64,000 nucleotides of DNA. Source: a virus. The position numbers and the translations under genes are program-made. Each line of letters opens with the position of its first letter. The first letter of the stretch is position 1. Where the stretch lies: the IMG/VR virus record IMGVR_UViG_3300037137_001027, positions 1-64,000 of that record; one strand, given 5' to 3'. The notes below the pieces were generated by a model, which searched no databases, had not been told where the DNA came from, and saw only the letters and a program-made list of their open reading frames with translations. Positions 10,380 through 22,086 of the stretch are shown here, one piece after another.

Positions 10380-10681
10380 ATAGAAACATGTGCTGTGGAA
10401 AACGAAAACCAAAAACTAGAGTAAAAATGACCAGAAGTGGATTAAAAAAGAGGTGGCAAAGTCAGTCGGATGACCTTACCACCCCTCATGGAGAACCGAC
10501 AAGTAATACTACAATTACTTCATCTGAAAATCAAGAAATTAATTCTAATTTACCTAATCCTCCTCCATACGATGCGCAGTCATCCCAAGGTTAATAACCA
10601 AAAGGGTTTATGGCAGGTAAATCTCAAAGTTGTAGAAAGTTCTGGAATCCCGTATCATATTTAGATTCTAAGGATTAAGTT

Positions 10682-11197
10682 ATGCGTGTGAAACCAGTCG
10701 AAACGGTTTGTGATGCTTTTGTTTGTGATGCTGTTCGCTACTACGATCACAGAGGTTCTTTTCAGGAATTATTCTCTCACAAAGACTTGCCTGCTTTCAG
10801 AGTGTCACAAATCAATTGTTCCATATCCAAAAAGAATGTTCTGCGTGGACTTCATGTTGTGCCTTTTGCAAAATTGGTATATTGTGTGAAGGGCAAAATA
10901 TTCGATGTGGTAGCCGATGTGAGAAAAGGATCGAAAACCTATTTGAAATGGTACGGAGTTGAATTAAGTGGCGAAAATCAAAAATCACTTTTCATTCCAC
11001 CTTTCTGTGGGCATGGCTTTCTAGCAATGGAAGACGACTCAATTGTAGTGTATGCACAGGATGCCGTCTATAATGCCCATGCCGAGAGCAGTGTGAACTA
11101 TGCTGATCCTAAACTGAATATTAAATGGCCGAATGTAATTCTTTCTGATAAAGATGGTGCCGCGCCGTTCCTAGATAGTTGTGATGTTGAAAGTTAA
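10682..11197 (+). CDS. rfbC: dTDP-4-dehydrorhamnose 3,5-epimerase
   Basis: DHRGSFQE, NVLRGLH, KLVYCVKGKIFDVVADVRKGSKTY, GHGF and LSDKD motifs. Confidence 0.93.
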   Translation: MRVKPVETVCDAFVCDAVRYYDHRGSFQELFSHKDLPAFRVSQINCSISKKNVLRGLHVVPFAKLVYCVKGKIFDVVADVRKGSKTYLKWYGVELSGENQKSLFIPPFCGHGFLAMEDDSIVVYAQDAVYNAHAESSVNYADPKLNIKWPNVILSDKDGAAPFLDSCDVES

Positions 11198-11855
11198 AAA
11201 GCTAGTAATTAAAGATAAGATATATGGTTATTCAGAGTTGTGTGGATTCGGTGACATTTGGGCGATGACTAATTACCTTTTAAGGGTGTCACAAGAATTA
11301 GGTAAGCCAGCCAGGTTCTCTAGTAGAGCTAAACATATTGGCAATACAATTAAAACAATTGTTCCATTATTAAAGTCTAAATGGTCTGTGAACATAGTTG
11401 GCCATCCACATGAGAAGATACTTAGCTATTGCGAGCCGTTCTCAATTAAGTTTTTGCCGACGATTAAAGAGTGGAGTCCTACTAGCAATGTTGTAGCTTA
11501 TCAATTTGATGGTCGGCATTTACAACATCAAAAGAATCTTCCTTGTATAAGATTGGCCTATTTGATTAATTCTTTAATGGACATGGGTTATGATCCAGTG
11601 GATGTGGGCGGCTATAAGCCTTTAGAGTATATCATTGACGTTCTCTCAAAATGTCAGTTTTTTGTAGGATGTCCAAGTGGTTTAAGTGTGGTATCTTTAA
11701 GCGTGGGTAATCCAGTTTTTTTGATAACTCGGCAGATGGACCCGCGTTTCCTATTGTTTATGCACCATTGTCAGTACCGCAATAAGGATGTTCAAATGTA
11801 CACCACTGTTGACGAATTTTTGATTCAGATAAAAAGGATGCGAGGCAGCTTGTAA
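11181..11855 (+). CDS. Putative glycosyltransferase (GT9/heptosyltransferase-like)
   Basis: N-terminal GFGDIW and C-terminal FFVGCPSGLSVVSLSVGNPVF; adjacent to rfbC. Confidence 0.5.
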   Translation: MMLKVKKLVIKDKIYGYSELCGFGDIWAMTNYLLRVSQELGKPARFSSRAKHIGNTIKTIVPLLKSKWSVNIVGHPHEKILSYCEPFSIKFLPTIKEWSPTSNVVAYQFDGRHLQHQKNLPCIRLAYLINSLMDMGYDPVDVGGYKPLEYIIDVLSKCQFFVGCPSGLSVVSLSVGNPVFLITRQMDPRFLLFMHHCQYRNKDVQMYTTVDEFLIQIKRMRGSL

Positions 11856-11951
11856 TTGCGGTTGTACTAAACGGATCAACGTTTTCCAAAGTCGAATTTT
11901 GTAGTATAGTAGTAGATGCAACGTACACCGCAACCTGAACAGGAGTGAACC

Positions 11952-12242
11952 ATGTCTGATGGGGAAGATGAACGCATTGAAGATGGGCCGCTCGAATGCC
12001 AGCTATTCAGTTGGGATGGATGGGATGGGGACCACGAATGTATGACTTATTATAACCCTGTTCTTAAAGTCCAAATTGGCAAACATCCCGTTGGCACAAA
12101 GTTCGATAGTGCCACTATTCTTTTTGATAAGGGTGTTCTACAACTAGCTAATCATGGACCAATGGTTAATGGGCATGGTGCCGTGATTCCTGCTGGCGAG
12201 TATAATCTAAAGCTGAGTGTTGCGGAAACGCTCACCGAATAA
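11952..12242 (+). CDS. Hypothetical protein
   Basis: AGGAG RBS; lies between two motif copies; stop codon inside the motif. Confidence 0.7.
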   Translation: MSDGEDERIEDGPLECQLFSWDGWDGDHECMTYYNPVLKVQIGKHPVGTKFDSATILFDKGVLQLANHGPMVNGHGAVIPAGEYNLKLSVAETLTE

Positions 12243-12293
12243 TTGCGGTTGTACTAAACGGGGCAGACCCAAACTTAAACCAAGGAGATTAAC

Positions 12294-13244
<951 letters not shown>

Positions 13245-13251
13245 ACCCATT

Positions 13252-13286
13252 ATGCGAGGGTTAGGAAACTAACCCTCGCATTCTTT
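13252..13286 (+). terminator. Intrinsic terminator-like hairpin
   Basis: ATGCGAGGGTTAG-GAAA-CTAACCCTCGCAT followed by TCTTT. Confidence 0.7.
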
Positions 13287-13616
13287 ATGATTAAACTCCT
13301 AATTGATGAAGAATATGGCTATCGCACCTGGATAGCCGAATTGACGCAAGATGAATACGCTCAACTACTTACGCGGTGGGAAACCATGCGGGGAATGTCT
13401 TGTTTGGTGGCGGTTCGTTTGGTAATCCCGCAGGCGGTAGAAATCTCTGATGAAGAGATATGCAAGATGTATGATAAGGGAGAGACTTTCTACCGTTGTC
13501 ACATGCACGAAGATGACGACTCCTATTTGGAAGGGAGTAATTATACAATTCCAAAGGACACGCATTTCTGGATGGAAGGCCGCAAGTATGAAGAAAGTGA
13601 ATATTGGCCAAACTAA
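13287..13616 (+). CDS. Hypothetical protein
   Basis: ORF track; sits between rIIB and rIIA. Confidence 0.65.
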   Translation: MIKLLIDEEYGYRTWIAELTQDEYAQLLTRWETMRGMSCLVAVRLVIPQAVEISDEEICKMYDKGETFYRCHMHEDDDSYLEGSNYTIPKDTHFWMEGRKYEESEYWPN

Positions 13617-13693
13617 GGAATTGCGGTTGTACTAATCAGTCTGTTGGCACAATGGAACAATAGAACTTTACTAATCCTATCAGGAGAACCAAC

Positions 13694-15814
13694 ATGAAGG
13701 TTGAAACCAAGGTTGGCAACGTTATTCTTTCCGAGGGCATGGTTACTCATAAGTTTCGCGTCAAGATTAACCGCCAGTCTTTCAAGTTGCTGTACGGCGA
13801 CTTGTATTCCGATCCTATCTCTGCTTTCATTCGTGAATTGTCCACGAACGCACACGATAGTCACATCAAGGCAAAGACCGATAATCCGTTTGAAATTCAC
13901 CTTCCGAATGATTTGGAGCCGTGGTTCTCCGTCAAGGATTTCGGCACGGGTCTTTCGCACGATCAGGTTTGCGGTGAAGATGGTATTTATATCACCTTTT
14001 GCGAATCTGATAAGGTGCATTCGGATGATTTCACGGGCTGTCTTGGCCTGGGTTCCAAGTCTCCGCTTGCTTATACGGACAATTTCATTGTCCAGAGCAA
14101 TTATAACGGCACGCAGTATAGCTATGCGGTCCACATGGACGAGGAAGGCAACCCGTCGCTGGCGGAATTGGGCAGTGCGCCGACTGACGAACCGAACGGT
14201 ATGAAGATTGAATTGCCCGTTCAGGAAAAGGATTTCGATACCATTCGCGGCAAGGTTGCTGAAGTTCTCAGTTGGTTCAAGGTCAAGCCGAACGTTGTTG
14301 GCGATGGTACGTTTGAATTCACCAACCGTGAATATCTTCGTAGGACGGATCGTTATGGTATCTGCAAGGAACGCGGTCAGTCTCACGTTGTCATGGGCAA
14401 CGTGGCGTATCCGATTTGCGCCAGCGATTTTAGTTACAATAAGATTGATGACACTGAACGGGCAGTGCTGGAATATGGTGTCGATTTGTTCGTGGGCGTG
14501 GGGGACGTTGAATTCGTTCCGTCGCGTGAAAAGCTGCGTTACACCGATAAGACGATTGCAGGCGTTAAGAAGTTCCTGAAGGATGCAATTAAGTCTATTC
14601 AGGATGAATTGGAATCGCAAGTTCAGGCGCAGCCTTCGGTTTGGGCCGCTCGCCGTATGATGCACGATTTTAAGCATAGCATCTTGGGCAAGGTCCGCAG
14701 TCTTGGCACGGTCATGTATCATGGCAAGGAAATTGCTGAATACATCAATCTTCATAATACCATGAAGAAGGTGCATCCTGCCCTTGACCGTACTATGGTT
14801 GGCTATCCGAAGCTGGAAATCCTTTCCAAGAAAAAGGAAAATTATCGTCGTCACGATGAAGACGTGCTTCATTGCGATACGACGAAGATTTACCTGAACG
14901 ATATGCAGCACGGCGGCTATGCTCGCATCAATAAGGATTTGCGGGAGAATGGTTACAGTAAGTCCGCTTACATGCTGTCTGGCGTAAGCGCTGAGTTTCT
15001 TGAAGAGACTGGTATCGCTGAGGTTGCTATCAAGGCGTCTACGCTACCCGCGCCTGAGCGTGTGAAGCGTGAAGTTGTCAATAGCGACGGCACGCGAACC
15101 TATGTCAAGCGCACCGTGTTGCAGCAGTATCGCGGTGAAGGCGGCAATTACATGACCGATTGGTGGCATGACGTGGAGGTTGACCCGCGTGCGGGCGGCA
15201 TCTATGTTGTCTGCTCTTACGGTCAGATTATTGACGGTGAACGGAAGACTCTGCCTTCTGAGATTAAGAGGAAGTATAATGCTGTCAAGGCGCTTCGTCC
15301 CGATTTCAAGCTTATGGGTATCCGTCCTGCCCATATGGGTCGGATTGAGAAGTACAAGAGTCGGTGGATGAAGTTCGATGACTATGCGGATTTGGTTTTG
15401 AAGACCGAATTCCCGCTGGCGATTGACAAAATCAATCTGCTTCGGCAGCATGATAATGTCGATAACAGGGAACGTTATCACACCTTCCTCAATGAGGTGT
15501 TTGAGGAATATTCGGTTTTCGGTCAGTTTATCGCAAAGCTTCGTGAAGCTAAGGCGGTTGCTGATGACCTGAAAATCAAGGCGGTTCTGGCTCTTAATGA
15601 CCATGTTAAGAGTCCGATGCCTTTGGATGGCGATGCGGGGGAATTGTGCGCCCTGGAGAATAAGTTGGATGAAGCGTATCCGATTCTCCAGTATATTGAC
15701 TGGTATCGGTGCCATCGCGGTTGCGAATTCGCTCAGCACTTGGCAGAAGTCCTCCGTGGCCTTGATGATCGTAATTTCAAGGCCAGTCTTCAGCCTATCA
15801 AGGAGGCAGTGTAA
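13694..15814 (+). CDS. rIIA: RIIA-like protein (N-terminal GHKL/HSP90-like ATPase)
   Basis: LYSDPISAFIRELSTNAHDSH, VKDFGTGLS, GCLGLGSKSP and PSREKL motifs. Confidence 0.88.
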   Translation: MKVETKVGNVILSEGMVTHKFRVKINRQSFKLLYGDLYSDPISAFIRELSTNAHDSHIKAKTDNPFEIHLPNDLEPWFSVKDFGTGLSHDQVCGEDGIYITFCESDKVHSDDFTGCLGLGSKSPLAYTDNFIVQSNYNGTQYSYAVHMDEEGNPSLAELGSAPTDEPNGMKIELPVQEKDFDTIRGKVAEVLSWFKVKPNVVGDGTFEFTNREYLRRTDRYGICKERGQSHVVMGNVAYPICASDFSYNKIDDTERAVLEYGVDLFVGVGDVEFVPSREKLRYTDKTIAGVKKFLKDAIKSIQDELESQVQAQPSVWAARRMMHDFKHSILGKVRSLGTVMYHGKEIAEYINLHNTMKKVHPALDRTMVGYPKLEILSKKKENYRRHDEDVLHCDTTKIYLNDMQHGGYARINKDLRENGYSKSAYMLSGVSAEFLEETGIAEVAIKASTLPAPERVKREVVNSDGTRTYVKRTVLQQYRGEGGNYMTDWWHDVEVDPRAGGIYVVCSYGQIIDGERKTLPSEIKRKYNAVKALRPDFKLMGIRPAHMGRIEKYKSRWMKFDDYADLVLKTEFPLAIDKINLLRQHDNVDNRERYHTFLNEVFEEYSVFGQFIAKLREAKAVADDLKIKAVLALNDHVKSPMPLDGDAGELCALENKLDEAYPILQYIDWYRCHRGCEFAQHLAEVLRGLDDRNFKASLQPIKEAV

Positions 15815-15991
15815 TCATGGATGGGAAGGAAATTGTTGCCTTTCGGTATGATGGTGAGAAGTATTGTCGAGCGTGCTTTCACCAGCTACCGCCGAAGGAA
15901 ATTAAGTTCCTTCCCATCCCGTTTGCCTTGCAACGAACCAGTTGCGTAGAAAATTGTTCTAAATGTGGTAGGAATATAATCGAGGATTATA

Positions 15992-16528
15992 ATGGCCAGA
16001 ACAAAGCTGGAAATTAACAAGGTTGAATTTCAAAAGGTAGTCACCGACCTGGAAGCTGCCCAAACATTTGAGAATCCATCGGCGCTATGGAAAACAGTGG
16101 AAGCCAGCGATTGGGGTAAGAATTTGAAGCCGCGTGCCTTGACAGCGGCAGTTGCCTATGTCCGTGCCAAAGAGCTAGGCATTGTTTATAAAACTCCTGC
16201 TGGTAAGCGTGGTATCCAGGGTGGCCCTATCGGTGGCGGTGTTCCCCGCGTTCGCGTGCCGCGTGCTAAGAAGATGAAGGCGTTTGCTGATACCTTCGCC
16301 AGTTTACGGAAGTCAACCCCGCTGCGGCATCTGCCGTTGGTTGATAAGGCAGAGAAGGGCAGTAAAAACGCTTGCATTAAATTGAAGTGTCTTGAGTGTT
16401 CTAACTGGCAATCGACCGAAGTGAAGCATTGCGTTATCATTGGTTGCCCGATGTATCCTATTCGCCCATTCCAAGGAAAAGGCAAGGAAGGCGAACCAGA
16501 GTCAGACGGGGTGCCGAATGTTGATTGA
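15992..16528 (+). CDS. Hypothetical protein with C-terminal Cys4 motif
   Basis: IKLKCLECSNWQSTEVKHCVIIGCPMYPIRP. Confidence 0.7.
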   Translation: MARTKLEINKVEFQKVVTDLEAAQTFENPSALWKTVEASDWGKNLKPRALTAAVAYVRAKELGIVYKTPAGKRGIQGGPIGGGVPRVRVPRAKKMKAFADTFASLRKSTPLRHLPLVDKAEKGSKNACIKLKCLECSNWQSTEVKHCVIIGCPMYPIRPFQGKGKEGEPESDGVPNVD

Positions 16529-16934
16529 AAAAGTTAGATAAAGGATTCTCAAAATGAACGAGAAATACCAGACTTTGGCTGATTTGCTGCGTGCTGATTC
16601 TAGTAAAATTACTGGTGGTATTAACAATGTATATTATTACAATGGTCAAGCCTATTGGGTAGTTAATGATTCGGAGAAAGGAAAAGGTCCAGGCACTCAA
16701 TGGCGATGGATCGGTCAGTTAGGGAACACCCACGTTTTTAGAAAGAATTGAGATATATAAGCAAAAGGAAAATTATAGAGACATGCGCGGCAATCAGCGA
16801 AAGCTTATAAAGCGGCTTTAATGGAGCATGAACGGTTAAAGAAGAAGTAAGAAATCTTTTGACAATGGCGATTTTCGTCGTATTGTAGTGCAGTAGTCCA
16901 CCAAAGGGCGAGCAAGTCTACCAAAGGGCGAGCA

Positions 16935-17288
16935 ATGACTGAGTTAATGAAAATTGCGCGGAAGAATCGTCATTATTACTTGTCGGAGCATAAAGCGGAC
17001 AATGCCGCTAATCCGTGGTATCGCTATGTAAAAACGATGGATTCGTACTCGGAAGCGGTGTTGCTTTCCCCGTCAATGGCACGGGTATTGCTAGACTCCG
17101 ATACCGATTCGGCACTGAGGAAGCCGACGACTGCAAGGTTGGAGAATGTGCGACCTCTATCTATTAGTTTTTCTGGAAAATTGTTAAATGGTCATTCGAC
17201 CTTACAAGCGGTCGCAATGGGTGAGAAATCGGCAATTGTTTATATTTCATTTAATATTTCAGACAAATTGAGTTTTTTGTTTGGATAG
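16935..17288 (+). CDS. Hypothetical protein, possibly a degenerate ParB-like N-domain
   Basis: GKLLNGHSTLQAV resembles the GxLxDGQHRLxA motif. Confidence 0.4.
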   Translation: MTELMKIARKNRHYYLSEHKADNAANPWYRYVKTMDSYSEAVLLSPSMARVLLDSDTDSALRKPTTARLENVRPLSISFSGKLLNGHSTLQAVAMGEKSAIVYISFNISDKLSFLFG

Positions 17289-17350
17289 AGCATTAGTTTA
17301 TTTCCCGCTAAATTAGTGCTTATTGAAATGCGGGTCTAAAAGGTGCCGAA

Positions 17351-17800
17351 ATGGATAATGAAGAATTTAATGAGCAAGTAACTTTCGAGCAAGTAACTTT
17401 CGAGCCGAAGCCTGGTTTCGACCTAGTTAAGTATGGAAACGTTTTTACGTTTAATTTCAATCAGGAGTTTGCGCAACGACTCAATAACGTCTTGGCCGAC
17501 TGCCATAGGAATGATCTTATTCAAAGCCAAGTCCTATGCTTCTTTAAGAGGCTTAGGAACGTGATGGACCTTCCGAACGAAGACCCTGGCTGGGCCACAC
17601 AATTTATTCTGGAACGTTTTCAACACGTTTTCACCGTGGTCTGCGAGCGGGAGTTTGTTAAGACGCTTAATCAGCTTATGACTCAATTCCTAGTTCAGAA
17701 GCGGGTGTCTCCTGCGATGTTCAGTTTCATCAAACAGCTTGAAGGCGCTCTGTATCCTAAGCGGTTTGACCCGAAGACTAGCTACGCTGATGAATTCTAA
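17351..17800 (+). CDS. Hypothetical protein with an internal duplication
   Basis: Two similar halves (VFTFNFNQEFAQRLN and VFTVVCEREFVKTLN). Confidence 0.65.
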   Translation: MDNEEFNEQVTFEQVTFEPKPGFDLVKYGNVFTFNFNQEFAQRLNNVLADCHRNDLIQSQVLCFFKRLRNVMDLPNEDPGWATQFILERFQHVFTVVCEREFVKTLNQLMTQFLVQKRVSPAMFSFIKQLEGALYPKRFDPKTSYADEF

Positions 17801-17807
17801 CCGTTAA

Positions 17808-17834
17808 GACCCCCGAAAGGGGGTCGAACTTTTT
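17808..17834 (+). terminator. Intrinsic terminator
   Basis: GACCCCC-GAAA-GGGGGTC followed by a T-run. Confidence 0.65.
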
Positions 17835-18449
17835 AGGACGTGATATGCGATCACCCCATGCCGAGAGTATTGAAGAAGCGGTTCAGCAATTGGCCGAAGC
17901 TGAAAGCACTTTCCTGTTTGCAAGGAAGGGCATGGGCATGTATCCCCCAAAAGATGCCTGGGATAATTTTAAGAAACACTGTCAGCAATTATCCCAATGG
18001 ATTGAGCATGGTCGGGGCGTCACGGAAGAAATGAAGCCCGAATTGGTAAAAACACTTTTTGCGTCTGAGAAAATACTGCTAGACAACAAACAATATGGTG
18101 GAAAATGAACCTTGAATCAATCCGCAAAGAATGGGAACGAAAACAGACCACGATTTTGGTGGTCACAAAGAAAACTGGCGATTATTCTGCTGTGTTTATT
18201 GTCTTGAAAAACACGGACGAACAGTATAGACTACACCGATATTTCCCGACTGGAGAACAGTGGAATGTCAGCGTGGACAAGCAAAGCGTGTCTTTGGAAG
18301 ACTGCCTTGCTCAACTGACGAAGGCTTTTAAGGAAGTTTATCCGAAGGTGTAGTATGTCTTCCAGAATTAACCGCATTGATTTTTGGAGCCATCCTCAGT
18401 GGTAGCGGAGCGTCTTGGCTAACAAACTTGTTGGTAACTGGTGATCCTA

Positions 18450-18878
18450 ATGAAAGCTAAAGTATTGGCTAAATTCCTTGAGTGTTCAGTTGGCGACCTT
18501 GAGCAAGCCAATCATGACCAAAATCTATTTGAGCATGGAATGGAATCTTACCTTGTCTTGAGTGACGGCGAAGCGGATGAATATACGGCACAACGCATTT
18601 TAGACAGTCTATGGGCTTTTAATGCTGATTTCATTCTGTCTAATAGCCGTATTGAAGTGAAACCAATGCCCGATATTCTCAAGGCGTTAAAGCAAATGCA
18701 AGAAAAGCTTTGCGAAAACGCTAACCCGCTAGTTCGTGCGCTGCTTGAAAATGAAGAAGAATTCATTGAAGCGGCAGTGGAAGCTGACGGTCGCGGCCAC
18801 TTTCTTAGCAGTTACGATGGCGAAGAACATGAGGTTACTCACGGCGAGGAACCCTTCTATATTTATAGACAAAACTAG
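18450..18878 (+). CDS. Hypothetical phage protein
   Basis: Acidic; C-terminal DGRGHFLSSYDGEE. Confidence 0.7.
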   Translation: MKAKVLAKFLECSVGDLEQANHDQNLFEHGMESYLVLSDGEADEYTAQRILDSLWAFNADFILSNSRIEVKPMPDILKALKQMQEKLCENANPLVRALLENEEEFIEAAVEADGRGHFLSSYDGEEHEVTHGEEPFYIYRQN

Positions 18879-19173
18879 GTGAAACATGAATCAAACAGTG
18901 CAATTCGTGAGTCCTACGTTCCCTGCTTCTTTCATGGTCGATGAAGCGGTGGTTAAAGACCTGTTTGCAAAGGCAAAGGAATCGGTGGATTCTGGCAAAA
19001 CTAAGACGGCATCCGAGTATGTCAATCGCCTGGTTAGGTGGGCAGTGGATAATTACGAAGACAACGCGAAAAACTACAAGGAATGAAAATGCGGTATGAA
19101 ACGATCTGGAGAAACAAGTTTCTAACCGTTAAATGTAAGAGCATTGATGAAATGGTTGAGAAGCTGATCTTAC

Positions 19174-19986
19174 ATGATTAAACTCGCCAACTATGAATGT
19201 AAATACTTTTGTGCGAGCGGAGCGTTGGGGTTTGATGGACGGGGTTATTGGTGGGAGCGACCATTCATTACCCCTGACTGCCTGGCAGTTATAACAAAAA
19301 CCCTGACGTTTCTCCCAAGGAAAGGCAACTATCGCTGGTGGAAATTCTGGAAGACATTTAGAATTAACCGTAAGTATACGCTGAACGCTCTCGGATTGCC
19401 GAATCCAGGCTATGAATACTGGATTAAGAAGATATATCCGAGAATCCGACATAAGAATATTATACCATCCATCTGCCCATTCAATACGGACGAAGCAAGA
19501 GCGATGGTGTTAGCTCTGAATCCCCTTAGTATTCGGGCAATTGAAGTAAATATAAGTTGCCCGACCATAGAGACATTCGACCCAATCGAAATCATTCAGG
19601 CTGTATTGGTGGCTTCCAAACATCCAGTGATAGTCAAAATTGGCGTAAGTCATAACTATCTAAGGCTTTGCGAAGTGTTCCGCAACCGTATTATAATTGA
19701 CGCAATCAATACAGTGCCGTGGGGAGCGGTTCATAAGATACAATCACCGCTTTACCCACTTGAAGGTGGTGTTTCAAATGCTGATACGGCAAAGACTGCA
19801 CGATATGTTTTAACAGACATTAAGAAACGTTACCCTGGCATTCAGGTAATCAGTGGTAATGGTATCTTTGATTACGAAGAAGCGAAGTTAAGGTTTGATT
19901 TAGGTGCTAACGGAATTTCTTTTGGAACAGTATTTGTTCTGACTCCGTGGCGTCCTGAACAGATAATTAAAAGGTTAGAAAAATGA
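19174..19986 (+). CDS. pyrD: Dihydroorotate dehydrogenase-like flavoprotein
   Basis: ASGALG, TKTLTxxPRKGN, NALGLPNPG, EVNISCP, INT and GGVS motifs. Confidence 0.85.
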   Translation: MIKLANYECKYFCASGALGFDGRGYWWERPFITPDCLAVITKTLTFLPRKGNYRWWKFWKTFRINRKYTLNALGLPNPGYEYWIKKIYPRIRHKNIIPSICPFNTDEARAMVLALNPLSIRAIEVNISCPTIETFDPIEIIQAVLVASKHPVIVKIGVSHNYLRLCEVFRNRIIIDAINTVPWGAVHKIQSPLYPLEGGVSNADTAKTARYVLTDIKKRYPGIQVISGNGIFDYEEAKLRFDLGANGISFGTVFVLTPWRPEQIIKRLEK

Positions 19987-20239
19987 AAATAGGTGACGAT
20001 GTTTATTATTGGGAAGCTTCCGAGGGGCTAAGACATTGCGATGTTTCCATAAAAAAAGGCAACGTTCTTAGCTTCGATGAGAATAGCGTTATGGTAATCA
20101 CTACCAAATTCTTTTTCCTCCAAAGGATTGAATCCTATCCCATTAAGAACTTATTTTCTAATCCTTATGAAGTTATGGAAGAATTAATTACTAGGTTGAA
20201 GAAAGGCAGTATTAGAAATTTTAACATAGGCTTCCGAAA

Positions 20240-20392
20240 ATGAGAACGCTCATTACAATGCAGATGTTTTTGCGAGTTAAAGACCTGGCTGGCGATGCTA
20301 TTGAGTTGGGTGTCGCCAGGGGCGATACTACTTTCCCCTTAGCAAACTTAATGCGGGCGTTTTACAATGAAAAAATCCAAGAAAATGTATAG
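20240..20392 (+). pseudogene. N-terminal fragment of a TylF/MycF-like O-methyltransferase
   Basis: 50-aa ORF MRTLITMQMFLRVKDLAGDAIELGVARGDTT..., which stops shortly after SAM motif I. Confidence 0.5.
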
Positions 20393-21101
20393 ACTTGCTT
20401 TAGCCATTGGCTTATTGATCTGTCCTGTTATGATTATGACGGACAGAGAAAGTCTTAAAAACATCTGGCTTGTTGGCATTCTTGCCGCCGTCACATTGGT
20501 TATGGTAAGTATCGGTTTCTACGCAATTAAACTTGAAGAACGAGGTGAGTGATGGGCTGGTTATGCAAGAAAGGTGATACTGTACAGGCGTTGAAAGGCT
20601 GGGAAACATGGCTAGAGAAACCATAAGGGAACATGGAAGACCTTGGTACGCCCGTAGGCATAGACTAAAAAATAATGTCGAGCCTGGCGATCAACCACTG
20701 GTTGAGCCTGGCGATCAACCACTGGTTGCACCAAAATACAGTAGCCGTGATAAGGACATTGAGCGACTTCGCCAAATAGAAATGTTAAGTAGGCAGCATG
20801 AACAACATCGTCTCTTAAAAGAAGCGGGTAAGCCCCCACAACATTGTTTGTTGTTTAAGCAACCCAAACGACGGCAAGAATTAAATAAACCATTACCGCC
20901 GATTCCCACAGATAATAGGATATGTTGTAAATGCAAGGATCATTTTCCATTCCATTTGTTGTCGATTATAGAAGGAAGTCCTGTATGCGGCATATGCTTG
21001 TTAAGGGAGATTTATAAGGACTTTCATTTACTGTCTGTGCAACAATTAAAAATGTACGATGCTACTATCAAGTACAACAAACACAGAAACGATCTTTTTT
21101 A

Positions 21102-21371
21102 ATGGAAATTTGGCACGGCTACCCCCGCAAGGTAGTCGGAAATAAACAAGCCTGTGTGTTCCCTATGACCTACGGCAAGGGCCGCGTCTGTATAGGTCCA
21201 AAGGATGCTCTAACCTACGATAAAGGTTACTGATATGAAGAACATGATGCTGCGGTCGCAGCACTAGAATCCTGGGATGGCAAAAGCGAACCTGATGGCT
21301 GGTTCAGGTGTCCCAATGATGGAAGACGTAGACCAGACGGCGATCCTACTAAAGAGTATTATGAACCATGA
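21102..21371 (+). CDS. Candidate selenoprotein A (89 aa, in-frame TGA at codon 44)
   Basis: TAATG overlap at the start and ATGA overlap at the end; single internal TGA at 21231-21233 followed by a SECIS-like hairpin. Confidence 0.72.
21248..21263 (+). promoter_or_regulatory. Bacterial SECIS-like hairpin
   Basis: TGCTGC-GGTC-GCAGCA; loop starts +21 after the UGA. Confidence 0.68.
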
Positions 21372-22086
21372 GCGCACTTTTGAAAATTCCATCGCTCGAA
21401 GACTCAGACAAAGAAATTTCTGTTGAGATTATGCAGGGCGATGGTTCTGGCGGTCTTTCTTATACGATCTTAACTATTGACGATGGTAAGAAAGAACATA
21501 AAATTGTTTTAGACCTTAAACAAACTGAGATATTAGGTTTGTTTTTGATAGATGGTGTGAGAACCGAACAGGAATTAGTAGACAAATAAGAGGCTACCAG
21601 ATGACTCCCCAAGAGATATTTGAATTCATTCGGGATAATTTGAGCCTGGATTTGGCCGAAGATAGTGGGCGTGACTATGGGGGGCCAAACGGCATGTATA
21701 ACTTCCGTAGTTTTAGGCTAAAGTTAAATTTAACTAACCCAGCCACGGGGAAAGTGGAAGTAATATCTGAACATCAGTTCAGTATCGACTCTAATTGAGG
21801 TTGTACTAGATCAGACATTGAGGTGTAACATGAAAGCACACGAACTAACTCGTCCTGGTCACGGCGTCAAGAAGTTTTGCCTAAAGAATGGGCGGGTCTT
21901 CTGGACTAAGGCACACATGAACGGCGACCGTCGCCGTGTTTGTATCTCCCGCAAGGAAAAGGGGCAAGAAATTAAGCGGTATATTGGACCGCACACTGAG
22001 GTAATTCCAGTATGACCAAAGAAGAATTAGATCGGCAAATAGCGCTAATTGTCACGCAAAAATTCATTGGGAAGAGAGACGGGAAT

